From positions 1 to 26,699 of IMG/VR virus record IMGVR_UViG_3300017910_000608: a stretch of 26,699 nt of DNA. One strand, given 5' to 3'. Below, piece by piece: positions 8,959 through 16,335 of the stretch. Numbering within the stretch: position 1 is the first letter of the stretch; every line of letters begins with the position of its first letter. The notes beneath the pieces are model-generated. The model was given only the letters and a program-made list of their open reading frames with translations. It did not search any database and was not told the origin of the DNA. The DNA is from a virus (taxonomy: Duplodnaviria; Caudoviricetes). The position numbers and the translations under genes are program-made.

Positions 8959-9089
8959 GAACAGAAAACTTTAAATGGACAGATGAATTAGTAATGAGAT
9001 TTGACGGATGGTTATTTACCTTCGGCATGAGAAAAGAAGATAAAATAAAGGAATTCAAAGAGATGATAATTAACACAAAAAATAACTAA
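8955..9089 (+). CDS. micro-ORF, 44 aa (MRTENFKWTDELVMRF...)
   Basis: Manual translation; A-rich initiation region; starts in repeat 1 and stops in repeat 2. Not in the ORF track. Confidence 0.7.
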   Translation: MRTENFKWTDELVMRFDGWLFTFGMRKEDKIKEFKEMIINTKNN

Positions 9090-9107
9090 TAAAACAAAAC
9101 AAAATGA
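9081..9107 (+). repeat. 27-bp direct repeat, copy 2
   Basis: Identical to 8932-8958; supplies the TAA of one ORF and the ATG of the next. Confidence 0.9.
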
Positions 9108-9280
9108 CATACGAATATTTAAACAACATTGACAAAATGCAAGTCACTGATAAAAATAACTTATACATTGGTGGCAAAGATAAAGACGGGAAAGACATAG
9201 CAATTATATTTGATTGCTCCGATTTTCTAAAATGGTTTGATAAAGATGGTATTGACTACATAAAAAGGTGGTCAATATAA
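9104..9280 (+). CDS. micro-ORF, 58 aa (MTYEYLNNIDKMQV...)
   Basis: Manual translation; same initiation sequence as the previous ORF. Confidence 0.7.
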   Translation: MTYEYLNNIDKMQVTDKNNLYIGGKDKDGKDIAIIFDCSDFLKWFDKDGIDYIKRWSI

Positions 9281-9303
9281 AAAATCAAATATAAACATTA
9301 ACC

Positions 9304-9321
9304 GGCCGGGGCAACCCGGCC
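9304..9321 (+). other. perfect GC hairpin GGCCGGG-GCAA-CCCGGCC
   Basis: 7-bp all-GC stem, GNRA tetraloop, no adjacent U-tract, intergenic in AT-rich context. Confidence 0.75.
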
Positions 9322-9335
9322 ATAATTTTACACAA

Positions 9336-9494
9336 ATGAAAACAACAACCGGATTGACTATAATACACGACGGAAAACGCGTCAATGTATATACAAAACA
9401 AGAAATGGAAAATTTTGAATCACAAACAAAATTTAATAAATTTTTCAATAATATTTTACAAACTTTAAATATTGCGTCATGGCTTGGGGTTTAG
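9336..9494 (+). CDS. micro-ORF, 52 aa (MKTTTGLTIIHDGKRVNVYT...)
   Basis: Manual translation; A at -3, fills the gap after the hairpin. Confidence 0.7.
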   Translation: MKTTTGLTIIHDGKRVNVYTKQEMENFESQTKFNKFFNNILQTLNIASWLGV

Positions 9495-9604
9495 ATTATT
9501 TTCCGGGCGACGAACCCGAATTTGAATGCCGGGTTTGTCAAGCGCCAATAAGTGAAGACAAATATTATTGTTGCAATCAATGTTTCTATGCGGACCAACT
9601 ATAA
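9479..9604 (+). CDS. small zinc-ribbon-like protein, 41 aa
   Basis: MAWGLDYFPGDEPEFE-CRVC-QAPISEDKYY-CCNQC-FYADQL; CxxC...CxxxC pattern. Confidence 0.7.
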   Translation: MAWGLDYFPGDEPEFECRVCQAPISEDKYYCCNQCFYADQL

Positions 9605-9740
9605 CAATTTTATTAACTTTGTTTTAACAATTTTATTTTTCGTGTTTGCGACGCGTCAAATGTTTTTATATAACGATATTATTGGGACGTTATTTCTTTT
9701 CTTTTTGGGTTTATCGTTGGCCCTTTACGGCGGTGATTAG
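9588..9740 (+). CDS. small membrane protein, 50 aa, two hydrophobic segments
   Basis: ATG 9588 preferred over GTG 9552; FINFVLTILFFVFA and IIGTLFLFFLGLSLALY stretches. Confidence 0.6.
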   Translation: MRTNYNNFINFVLTILFFVFATRQMFLYNDIIGTLFLFFLGLSLALYGGD

Positions 9741-9762
9741 TTTTATTTATTAGTTAGTTTTG

Positions 9763-9795
9763 AAAAGGCGCTTATTTATTTAAGCGCTTTTTTTT
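9763..9795 (+). terminator. Rho-independent terminator closing the micro-ORF island
   Basis: GCGCTTA/TAAGCGC stem followed by T8, with an A-run on the left. Confidence 0.8.
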
Positions 9796-9808
9796 ATAAC
9801 TTTATAAA

Positions 9809-10171
9809 ATGGATTCAAGCCGGTTTGGTTGTTTCGCTGAATATCTTTTCGCCGTTGAGGCAATGAAAAACAATCTTTTGGTTTCATTTCCTTTGCTTCA
9901 CACTTCGGTTTATGACTGTATTATTGACACGCCAAACGGATTGTCAAAAGTACAGATCAAAGCAATCGACGAATCAAACCGAACACGAAAACGAATTATT
10001 TTAAGCGATCGAAATGATAATTTTTATAAAACATCGGACGTTCAATTTTTCGCTATTTATTCAAAACAACGAAACGGTTTTTTTATTATAAAAAACGACG
10101 GCATTTTAAAATCGTTCACACTTGGTATGGAAAAGTATTCAAAAAATTTTAATAACTTTGCATTACTTTAA
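9809..10171 (+). CDS. PD-(D/E)xK endonuclease, I-Ssp6803I/PDDEXK_5-like
   Basis: G..AE in the first helix, VSFP....YDCIID, KVQIK and FFAIY pattern typical of this family. Confidence 0.78.
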   Translation: MDSSRFGCFAEYLFAVEAMKNNLLVSFPLLHTSVYDCIIDTPNGLSKVQIKAIDESNRTRKRIILSDRNDNFYKTSDVQFFAIYSKQRNGFFIIKNDGILKSFTLGMEKYSKNFNNFALL

Positions 10172-10202
10172 TGTTTTTTCATATTGTTTTCATTCTCAAA
10201 AG

Positions 10203-10232
10203 GCGTCACAATTTATGTGGCGCTTTTTTTTT
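10203..10232 (+). terminator. Rho-independent terminator
   Basis: GCGTCACA/TGTGGCGC stem followed by T9; runs into the promoter-like TATCTTTACAAAAA. Confidence 0.8.
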
Positions 10233-10254
10233 ATCTTTACAAAAATATTAGACA

Positions 10255-10461
10255 ATGGAATTAAAAATCAAAACATCAATTTTAAGGGACGGTAAACGAT
10301 ACGAAAACGGCGACAGAATCGATTTGCCGGACAATATTGCAAAAATTTGGATTTCTAGGGGTTACGCTTCGCAAATAAATAAAAAGCAAAGCAAAGTTAA
10401 AATTGAAACAAAGGAATTAAAAATAGAATCCAAAGAAACAAAAGATAATGCGACAGATTAA
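10255..10461 (+). CDS. small head-associated protein (putative)
   Basis: GKRY..GD.I......A...I..GYA pattern and ExK-rich tail, as in small genes between capsid and connector. Confidence 0.6.
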   Translation: MELKIKTSILRDGKRYENGDRIDLPDNIAKIWISRGYASQINKKQSKVKIETKELKIESKETKDNATD

Positions 10462-10960
10462 AATTAATACTACAACCGGTTCGGAATTATTGACAACCCA
10501 AAATGTAAAAGATTACGTTAGAATCGATACAACCGCCGATGATACCTTGATTGGTGAAATGATTACGCAAGCGCGGATTTGGTCTGAAAATTATATTTCT
10601 CGCGATATTGTTGCCAAAAATCGAAGCTATTATTTAGACGAAACAAACGGAATTTTTGATTTGCCATTTGGACCGGTTGCAAGCATTTCACAAATCACAA
10701 TCAAAGGAACGGCGACAACAGATTTTGAAATTTTAGGTTTGGACAATGAAACAATTGAATTAGATCAAGGACCGGCCGAACGCGTTTTAATTACCTATGT
10801 GACAGCCGGAATTGACAATTCATTGATCAAACAAGCAATGTTGCAATTGATTTCAACTTATTATGACAACCGCGTTGATTTTGTCATGGGCGTAAATCTG
10901 AACGAAATTCCAACTAACACAAAAAAAATATTAACGTCTTTTAAATCAATGTTTGTTTGA
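10448..10960 (+). CDS. head-tail connector (HK97 gp6-like adaptor)
   Basis: VKDYVRID..DDTLI..I.QAR...ENY, LPFGPV, IKQAML.LI..YYDNR. Confidence 0.88.
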   Translation: MRQIKINTTTGSELLTTQNVKDYVRIDTTADDTLIGEMITQARIWSENYISRDIVAKNRSYYLDETNGIFDLPFGPVASISQITIKGTATTDFEILGLDNETIELDQGPAERVLITYVTAGIDNSLIKQAMLQLISTYYDNRVDFVMGVNLNEIPTNTKKILTSFKSMFV

Positions 10961-11286
10961 TGCAAGCCGGTAAATTAGATTCTAAAATAACAATTAAACG
11001 CTTTTCAAAGGTTGCGGATGGTTTTGGTGGTTTTAATTCAACGCTATCAACCATTGCAACGGTTTGGTGTAATTTAACTCAATTAAAAGGCGAAATAAAA
11101 GATAAATTCGGTAAAAGACAACAAGACATTGACATTGAGTTAACAATGCGTAAAAAGACCGCAGATTTGATTCAATTGGGCGATGTGTTTACGTTAGAAG
11201 GCGAAACTCAAAAATATAGAATAAACGACAAATTTGAATTTGATTTGGATTTTTATACAAAACTTTTAGCAACAAAATCAAACTAA
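10960..11286 (+). CDS. head closure protein (SPP1 gp16-like stopper)
   Basis: MQAGKL...ITI.......DGFGG......VW; TGATG overlap favours ATG 10960. Confidence 0.82.
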   Translation: MQAGKLDSKITIKRFSKVADGFGGFNSTLSTIATVWCNLTQLKGEIKDKFGKRQQDIDIELTMRKKTADLIQLGDVFTLEGETQKYRINDKFEFDLDFYTKLLATKSN

Positions 11287-11730
11287 ATGAATGTTAATAT
11301 AAAAATAAACGAATCCGATTTGTCAAAACTTAATATAAAGCTAGATAAATTGCGAGCGTTTGAATCGCAAAAAGTTTCAAATGAATTAGGCAAAACGAGT
11401 TTAGAAATTGTCAGACTTGCAAAACGAGCGGCGCCGGTTGATAAGGGTACGCTTCGCCAATCAATCAGCGCACAAAAAAGCGGCAAATCAATCAATGTTG
11501 TTGCCAGTGCAAAATATTCGCCTTATGTTGAATTTGGAACCGGTGGTCGCGTTGATTTAGATGACATGTTGCGATTAGGCATTCCGGCGACATATGCAGC
11601 ACAATTCAAAGGCAAAGGGATTCGCGATGTCAATTTGCCGCCGCGTCCGTTTTTTTTCAGCTCGGCGCGCGTTGGTTTTAAAAACTTATTGAATCGGTTA
11701 ACCGGTCAAATTAACAAAGCAATAAATTAA
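11287..11730 (+). CDS. HK97 gp10-like tail completion/neck protein
   Basis: AKRAAPVDKGTLRQSI, YSPYVEFGT, PRPFF. Confidence 0.88.
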   Translation: MNVNIKINESDLSKLNIKLDKLRAFESQKVSNELGKTSLEIVRLAKRAAPVDKGTLRQSISAQKSGKSINVVASAKYSPYVEFGTGGRVDLDDMLRLGIPATYAAQFKGKGIRDVNLPPRPFFFSSARVGFKNLLNRLTGQINKAIN

Positions 11731-12167
11731 TGAAAGAGGCAATTCATTTCGTTCGCAAAGCAATCATTGCAAAATTGACCGGTAACGTGACAATTGACGG
11801 CGCAACGGTTTTGGTTTATAATAGAATACCAACGGACGCCGTTTACCCCTTAATACGCGTTTATTCGGTTTCAAGTGACGAAACGGACCAAAATCAATCG
11901 TCATTCATAACCGAAACAATCACGCGTATTGAATGTATTACGCGCTTTTCAAATAATGACGGCGGCGAATTGGATTGTAATTTAATGGTCAACCAATGTT
12001 TGCAACAATTGCGAACTAGAACCGCAAATTATATTGATTTAGTTAGTGACGGTTTTCGCGTTTATACAAGCGTCAACGAGGGAACAAAATATTTTGAAGA
12101 CGATTTTTCGGATTTTACGTATTTTCGTGCAATCATTGAATTGTCAAATAAGATTGAACAAATTTAA
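11730..12167 (+). CDS. tail terminator protein (putative)
   Basis: Position after the gp10-like gene; VYNRIP.DAVYP.I pattern. Confidence 0.7.
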   Translation: MKEAIHFVRKAIIAKLTGNVTIDGATVLVYNRIPTDAVYPLIRVYSVSSDETDQNQSSFITETITRIECITRFSNNDGGELDCNLMVNQCLQQLRTRTANYIDLVSDGFRVYTSVNEGTKYFEDDFSDFTYFRAIIELSNKIEQI

Positions 12168-12168
12168 A

Positions 12169-12330
12169 ATGAATGATTTGAAACTATATTTATTGAATAC
12201 TTTTTCTTTTGTCATCTCATTCACGGCGGTTGATGAAATTTTAAAAATTACTTTGTTGTTGATTTCTGTCGGTTATACCGCACAACGTTGGTATTACTTG
12301 AATAAAAACAAAGGCAAAGACAATGACTAA
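12169..12330 (+). CDS. small membrane protein, putative holin/antiholin (53 aa)
   Basis: ATG 12169 directly after the previous stop; hydrophobic segments and basic tail; overlaps the endolysin start. Confidence 0.6.
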   Translation: MNDLKLYLLNTFSFVISFTAVDEILKITLLLISVGYTAQRWYYLNKNKGKDND

Positions 12331-12718
12331 AAATTTTAATATTTCAGAATTCCAATGCAAAGGAAATCTAAAAGACTGCGAATGTAAAATGACGGCAAAC
12401 GTTAAAAACAATATTTATAAATTAGCCGAACAATTACAAATCTTACGTGACTATTTAGACGAACCAATCAAAATAAATTCCGGTTTTCGTTGCGCCGAAT
12501 ACAATGACAACCACGTCAAAGGTGCCAAAAACTCACAACATAAAATTGGCAAAGCTGCGGACATTGTGGCAGAATCTAAACATCCGTTAGAATTATATAA
12601 TATAATCAATGAATTAATTGATCGCAAAATTTTATATTTTGGCGGCGTCGGAAAATACAACACATTTACACATGTTGACATTCGAGATGATAAGGTTCGA
12701 TTTGACAAAACAATTTAA
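12323..12718 (+). CDS. endolysin, peptidase M15 family
   Basis: INSGFRC...N, SQH..GKAADI, GVGKY..FTHVDIR (zinc ligands His, Asp, His). Confidence 0.9.
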   Translation: MTKNFNISEFQCKGNLKDCECKMTANVKNNIYKLAEQLQILRDYLDEPIKINSGFRCAEYNDNHVKGAKNSQHKIGKAADIVAESKHPLELYNIINELIDRKILYFGGVGKYNTFTHVDIRDDKVRFDKTI

Positions 12719-12720
12719 CA

Positions 12721-13203
12721 ATGGCAAAAAAATCTTATAAAGATAAAAACGGAACAACGCGCGTCGGTGACGCTTTGCGTTGGTTGGTTGCTCGCGGAAA
12801 AGATGTCGCGCCGGAAATTCTGGACATCGCCGGCAACTTAACGGGAATCGAATCATTTAATTTATTAAGTGACAAAATTAAAAGTGACGGAAAATTGTCC
12901 GAAACTGACAAACAAATGTTGTTGGCGGAATTAGAATTTGACATGATTGAAATGAAGGAAGTCACAACGCGTTGGGTTTCAGACAATGCAACGGATTCAT
13001 TTTTGACGCAAAACATCCGGCCGCTTGTATTAGCATTTTTAACGCTCACATTGTTTATTTATATTATTTTGGACTCATCAATTGGCGGTTTTAATATTGC
13101 CCCGCAATGGATCGATTTATTGTCGTCGTTGCTGCTTCTTGTTTATGGCGGTTATTTTGGCGCGAGATCAGCCGAAAAGATTGTAAAAAATTGGAAAAAA
13201 TAA
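12721..13203 (+). CDS. holin-like membrane protein (3TM/GTA-holin-like)
   Basis: RWVSD..DSFL..NIRP followed by hydrophobic helices and YFGARSAEK. Confidence 0.75.
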   Translation: MAKKSYKDKNGTTRVGDALRWLVARGKDVAPEILDIAGNLTGIESFNLLSDKIKSDGKLSETDKQMLLAELEFDMIEMKEVTTRWVSDNATDSFLTQNIRPLVLAFLTLTLFIYIILDSSIGGFNIAPQWIDLLSSLLLLVYGGYFGARSAEKIVKNWKK

Positions 13204-13204
13204 A

Positions 13205-13327
13205 ATGGCAAAAAAACAAATAAATAACTTTTTTAAAAAGCAAAGAAAAAAAAGACCGGGGCGCCATTCCAAAAATAAATCATTATCACAACGCAAAAAA
13301 AAATATATTGGTCAAGGTCGTAATTAA
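13205..13327 (+). CDS. highly basic 40-aa peptide ending KKYIGQGRN
   Basis: Manual translation MAKKQINNFFKKQRKKRPGRHSKNKSLSQRKKKYIGQGRN; ATG 1 nt after the holin stop. Confidence 0.72.
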   Translation: MAKKQINNFFKKQRKKRPGRHSKNKSLSQRKKKYIGQGRN

Positions 13328-13350
13328 GGCAAATTAAACAATTTTTATTT

Positions 13351-13362
13351 TTGTATTTTTGT
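13351..13362 (+). promoter_or_regulatory. putative late promoter (TTGTATTTTTGT)
   Basis: Same 12-mer at 15014 and 17962; contains TAnnTTTG. Confidence 0.6.
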
Positions 13363-13385
13363 GAATAATAAACAAAAAAAATTCT

Positions 13386-13658
13386 ATGTCTTCAAATTTA
13401 TACTTTTCAAGCGATTTTCAAAAATTATCTTTTGGCGACAAAGGTTTGCGAATCGTTCCGGCTTCGGGAACGTCAAACGCCGGCGAAAACTTTTGCGCAA
13501 TACAAGCTATTGAAACTTCGGTCATTACTTGCGATATTGACACGGCAGCCGGTGACGCATCAATCGTGTCATTAACTTTGCCTGCCGGTCTTATTATTTA
13601 CGGAAATTTTGACGATGTCAATTGTGCGTCCGGCAAGGTCATTTGTTATTTAAGATAA
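13386..13658 (+). CDS. small beta-rich virion protein, possible head-spike base
   Basis: 90 aa with AIQAI...LTLPAGLIIYG....SGKVICY; size, pattern and position recall the RcGTA spike base GhsA (inference). Confidence 0.5.
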   Translation: MSSNLYFSSDFQKLSFGDKGLRIVPASGTSNAGENFCAIQAIETSVITCDIDTAAGDASIVSLTLPAGLIIYGNFDDVNCASGKVICYLR

Positions 13659-13667
13659 AACCAATTT

Positions 13668-13823
13668 ATGGTTGGATTAGGTTTAAAAATACAAAATACC
13701 GTCGCTTTAGATTTTAGCGAAATTCCGGGATTGTTGTCCGCTTTAAAAGCGCGCGCAACTTTTTTTGAAAATGAATCCGGCACAATTACAATTTTAACAG
13801 CAATTGAAAACATTGATTCATGA
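13668..13823 (+). CDS. 51-aa putative spike adaptor (MVGLGLKIQ...)
   Basis: Manual translation; ATGA overlap with the next gene; not in the ORF track. Confidence 0.7.
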   Translation: MVGLGLKIQNTVALDFSEIPGLLSALKARATFFENESGTITILTAIENIDS

Positions 13824-14995
13824 GTAATTTATTAGACAAAGCAAGTATTGTACTAACACCGACGGCATATTCGAGCGGCGATTTGCATTGCATAAAACCC
13901 AACACGTCAACCGGTGATTTTAATTTCACACGGGGATCAATAGCGACGCGAATTGGTTCAAATGCATTGATTCAAAACGTCGCAAGTGGTTTACCAAGAA
14001 TTGATTTTTCGGGCGGTACGGGTCATATTTTAATGGAACCACAATCAACTAATGCTTCTAAAAATTCTGAAAATACATCCTCTTGGAGTTATGTCGAGTT
14101 TGGGAGCGGAAGCGCAGGAACAATAACAACTGGTAAAACAGATATGTTTGGCGGCACAAATGCTGTTCAAGTAGACTTCCCTAATGATGCTGAAAATGTT
14201 GCAATCCGCTTTGGACATACAACTTCATCAATAACTTCTGGCACTTCAACTATTAGTATTTATGCGAAACTTGTTCAAAGTGGTTCTAAAACGTTAAGAT
14301 TTAGGGCGGGTACGTCACAAAATTTAGTAATTGATTCAACAGAGTTTGTTAGATATGAGGCAACAGTAACAAAATCAAGCGGGGAGGCTTTTAGTTTAAA
14401 ATTAAGACCGTCACAAGGCACTTCAAACGGAGGATTTTCTATTATATTATGTCATCCCCAAGAAGAGGCGCAATCCTTTGCGACATCGTATATTCCAACA
14501 ACTGGAACTGACGTAACAAGAACCGCAGATTTGGCAAATGAAAGTGGTGATATAAGTCTAATAAATACAGTCGAAGGCGTTCTATATACCGAAACAGCTT
14601 GTTTAGTAGATGGCACCAATAATAGGGCAATTTCAATTGGAAGTAATGGGCAAAATTACGCTTCAATCCAATACAATCCAACGAGTAACAGAATTTTAGG
14701 CAGATACCAAAACGCAGGAAATTTTCAATGTCAAATACAATTTGATGTTTCAGATAGAACACAATTCTCAAAAATTGCTTTTAGATTTAAACAAGATGAT
14801 TTTGCGTTATTTGTTAACGGAGTAAAAGTAGGAACCGACAATAGCGGCAATGTTTTGTCGGCTGGTACTTTTACACAATTGGCTTTAAATAGTGGTATTG
14901 CCGGAACCGGTCAACCATTTGAAGGCAAAATTAAATGTGTTGCAGTTTATAAGGACTTTTTAACAGATTCAGAATTGATCACGTTAACGTCATAA
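13820..14995 (+). CDS. head-spike/fibre-like protein 1 with beta-sandwich (LamG/CBM-like) domains
   Basis: FNFTRGS.ATR, LPRIDF, LMEPQSTN, ATSYIPT.G..VTR.AD, ALFVNGV..GTD, LTDSELITLT. Confidence 0.7.
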   Translation: MSNLLDKASIVLTPTAYSSGDLHCIKPNTSTGDFNFTRGSIATRIGSNALIQNVASGLPRIDFSGGTGHILMEPQSTNASKNSENTSSWSYVEFGSGSAGTITTGKTDMFGGTNAVQVDFPNDAENVAIRFGHTTSSITSGTSTISIYAKLVQSGSKTLRFRAGTSQNLVIDSTEFVRYEATVTKSSGEAFSLKLRPSQGTSNGGFSIILCHPQEEAQSFATSYIPTTGTDVTRTADLANESGDISLINTVEGVLYTETACLVDGTNNRAISIGSNGQNYASIQYNPTSNRILGRYQNAGNFQCQIQFDVSDRTQFSKIAFRFKQDDFALFVNGVKVGTDNSGNVLSAGTFTQLALNSGIAGTGQPFEGKIKCVAVYKDFLTDSELITLTS

Positions 14996-15013
14996 AAAAA
15001 ACACATCAAAATT

Positions 15014-15025
15014 TTGTATTTTTGT
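15014..15025 (+). promoter_or_regulatory. putative late promoter (TTGTATTTTTGT)
   Basis: Motif copy in the gap between the two fibre genes. Confidence 0.6.
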
Positions 15026-15038
15026 ACAAACAACAAAA

Positions 15039-16325
15039 ATGGCAATTTTAGACAAAGCAAAATTTTTATTGATTCCTTCGGGTTATAAGGCGTCAAAATT
15101 ATATTCTATTTTTCCAAGCGCCGGCGGTTTTGATTTTACATTCGCACGCGTTGGTGACGACGCAACAAGACAAAATGTTAGTGGTATTATTGAAACAAAG
15201 GCGGCAAATATACCGCGTTTGAATCATCACAACAACGGTTGCCCGTCTTTAATTATTGAAGCTACAAGATCAAATTTACAAATAAGATCCGAAGAGTTTG
15301 ACAACTCCGCTTGGACAACCGACGCGTTGGCCGTTACCGTTACCGCAAATCAAATCACATCACCAAAAGGAACAACAACAGCTGACAAAATTTTAAGGAC
15401 CGCAACGTCCGCCGCTTACATTCGTGACGCTGCAACAAAACCGTCCGCCGCAGCAATGCAAATGACGACATCGGTTTTTGTCAAACAAGGCGAAGGCGAT
15501 TATTTTGCAATTCGCGCGCAGGGCGTTTATCCCAATCGCGTTGACGCCCGTTTTAGATTTAGTACAAAACAAATATATCAATATGAAGCGTTTGGTACTT
15601 TCACGGCCGGCCGAACAAAGGTTGAGGAATACGGCGACGGGTGGTTTCGTTTGCAAATAGAATACACAACAGACGCCGACGCGTCAATAATTAGTTTATT
15701 TTCACCGCGCGCGTCCGATGGCGTTGTTGATAGTACAAATTCAACATCAACATCATTTGTGTATTTATTCGGCTGTCAAGTCGAAAAAGGAGTCGGCGCA
15801 ACGTCATATATTAAAACGGAAAATATTGCCGTTTCAAGAAATTTTGATGATTGTATAAATACTCAAACTTTTTCGTTAGGCGCCGACGCAACATTTTATT
15901 TGGATTTTAAAATAAATTCTTACGAATCAGATTTTGACAATTTGTTAGCCTTAATAAATTCAGCTTTAAACAAATCAATAAAATTAAGGTCGTATAAATC
16001 CGGGACAAATTATTTTGTTTTAATTTTGGCAACTTCAAACAATGGATCATCAAATAATTTAATAACAACAAGTGATAATTTGATCCCATTTTTTCAACAA
16101 AATAAATTGGCGATTCGTTTGTTTGGAAATGAGTTTATAATATTTTTAAATGGATCACAAATTAAAACTGGAACCGTGACCGGAAATTTTGACGTTTTGA
16201 ATGGCGAAACAATTGCGTCCGATTTTGGAATATCAAACGGCAAATTTAATGGTGATGTTTTTACACAAGCTATTTTTGACGAAACATTAACCACAAGCGA
16301 ATTAACAACATTAACAACACTATAA
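15039..16325 (+). CDS. head-spike/fibre-like protein 2, paralogue of 13820-14995
   Basis: Shared framework LDKA, FTFAR..ATR, IPRL, LIIEATRSNL, ATSYIKT, LTTSELTTLT; also SEEFDNSAW and YGDGWFR. Confidence 0.7.
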   Translation: MAILDKAKFLLIPSGYKASKLYSIFPSAGGFDFTFARVGDDATRQNVSGIIETKAANIPRLNHHNNGCPSLIIEATRSNLQIRSEEFDNSAWTTDALAVTVTANQITSPKGTTTADKILRTATSAAYIRDAATKPSAAAMQMTTSVFVKQGEGDYFAIRAQGVYPNRVDARFRFSTKQIYQYEAFGTFTAGRTKVEEYGDGWFRLQIEYTTDADASIISLFSPRASDGVVDSTNSTSTSFVYLFGCQVEKGVGATSYIKTENIAVSRNFDDCINTQTFSLGADATFYLDFKINSYESDFDNLLALINSALNKSIKLRSYKSGTNYFVLILATSNNGSSNNLITTSDNLIPFFQQNKLAIRLFGNEFIIFLNGSQIKTGTVTGNFDVLNGETIASDFGISNGKFNGDVFTQAIFDETLTTSELTTLTTL

Positions 16326-16335
16326 ACAAAAAAAA

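Noticed and set aside
8932-9107. 27-bp repeat as a mini CRISPR array
   Set aside because: Only two copies, 122-nt interval that is an intact ORF, non-palindromic, no cas genes.
9809-10171. Group I intron around the endonuclease
   Set aside because: No interrupted gene, flanks are short and occupied by terminators.
13760-13768. T TTT TTT slippery site fusing the 51-aa adaptor to fibre 1
   Set aside because: The -1 frame hits TGA immediately (13766-13768); ATGA coupling explains the junction.
13820-16325. Diversity-generating retroelement or invertase switching of the fibres
   Set aside because: No reverse transcriptase, no near-identical TR/VR pair, no invertase or inverted cassettes seen.
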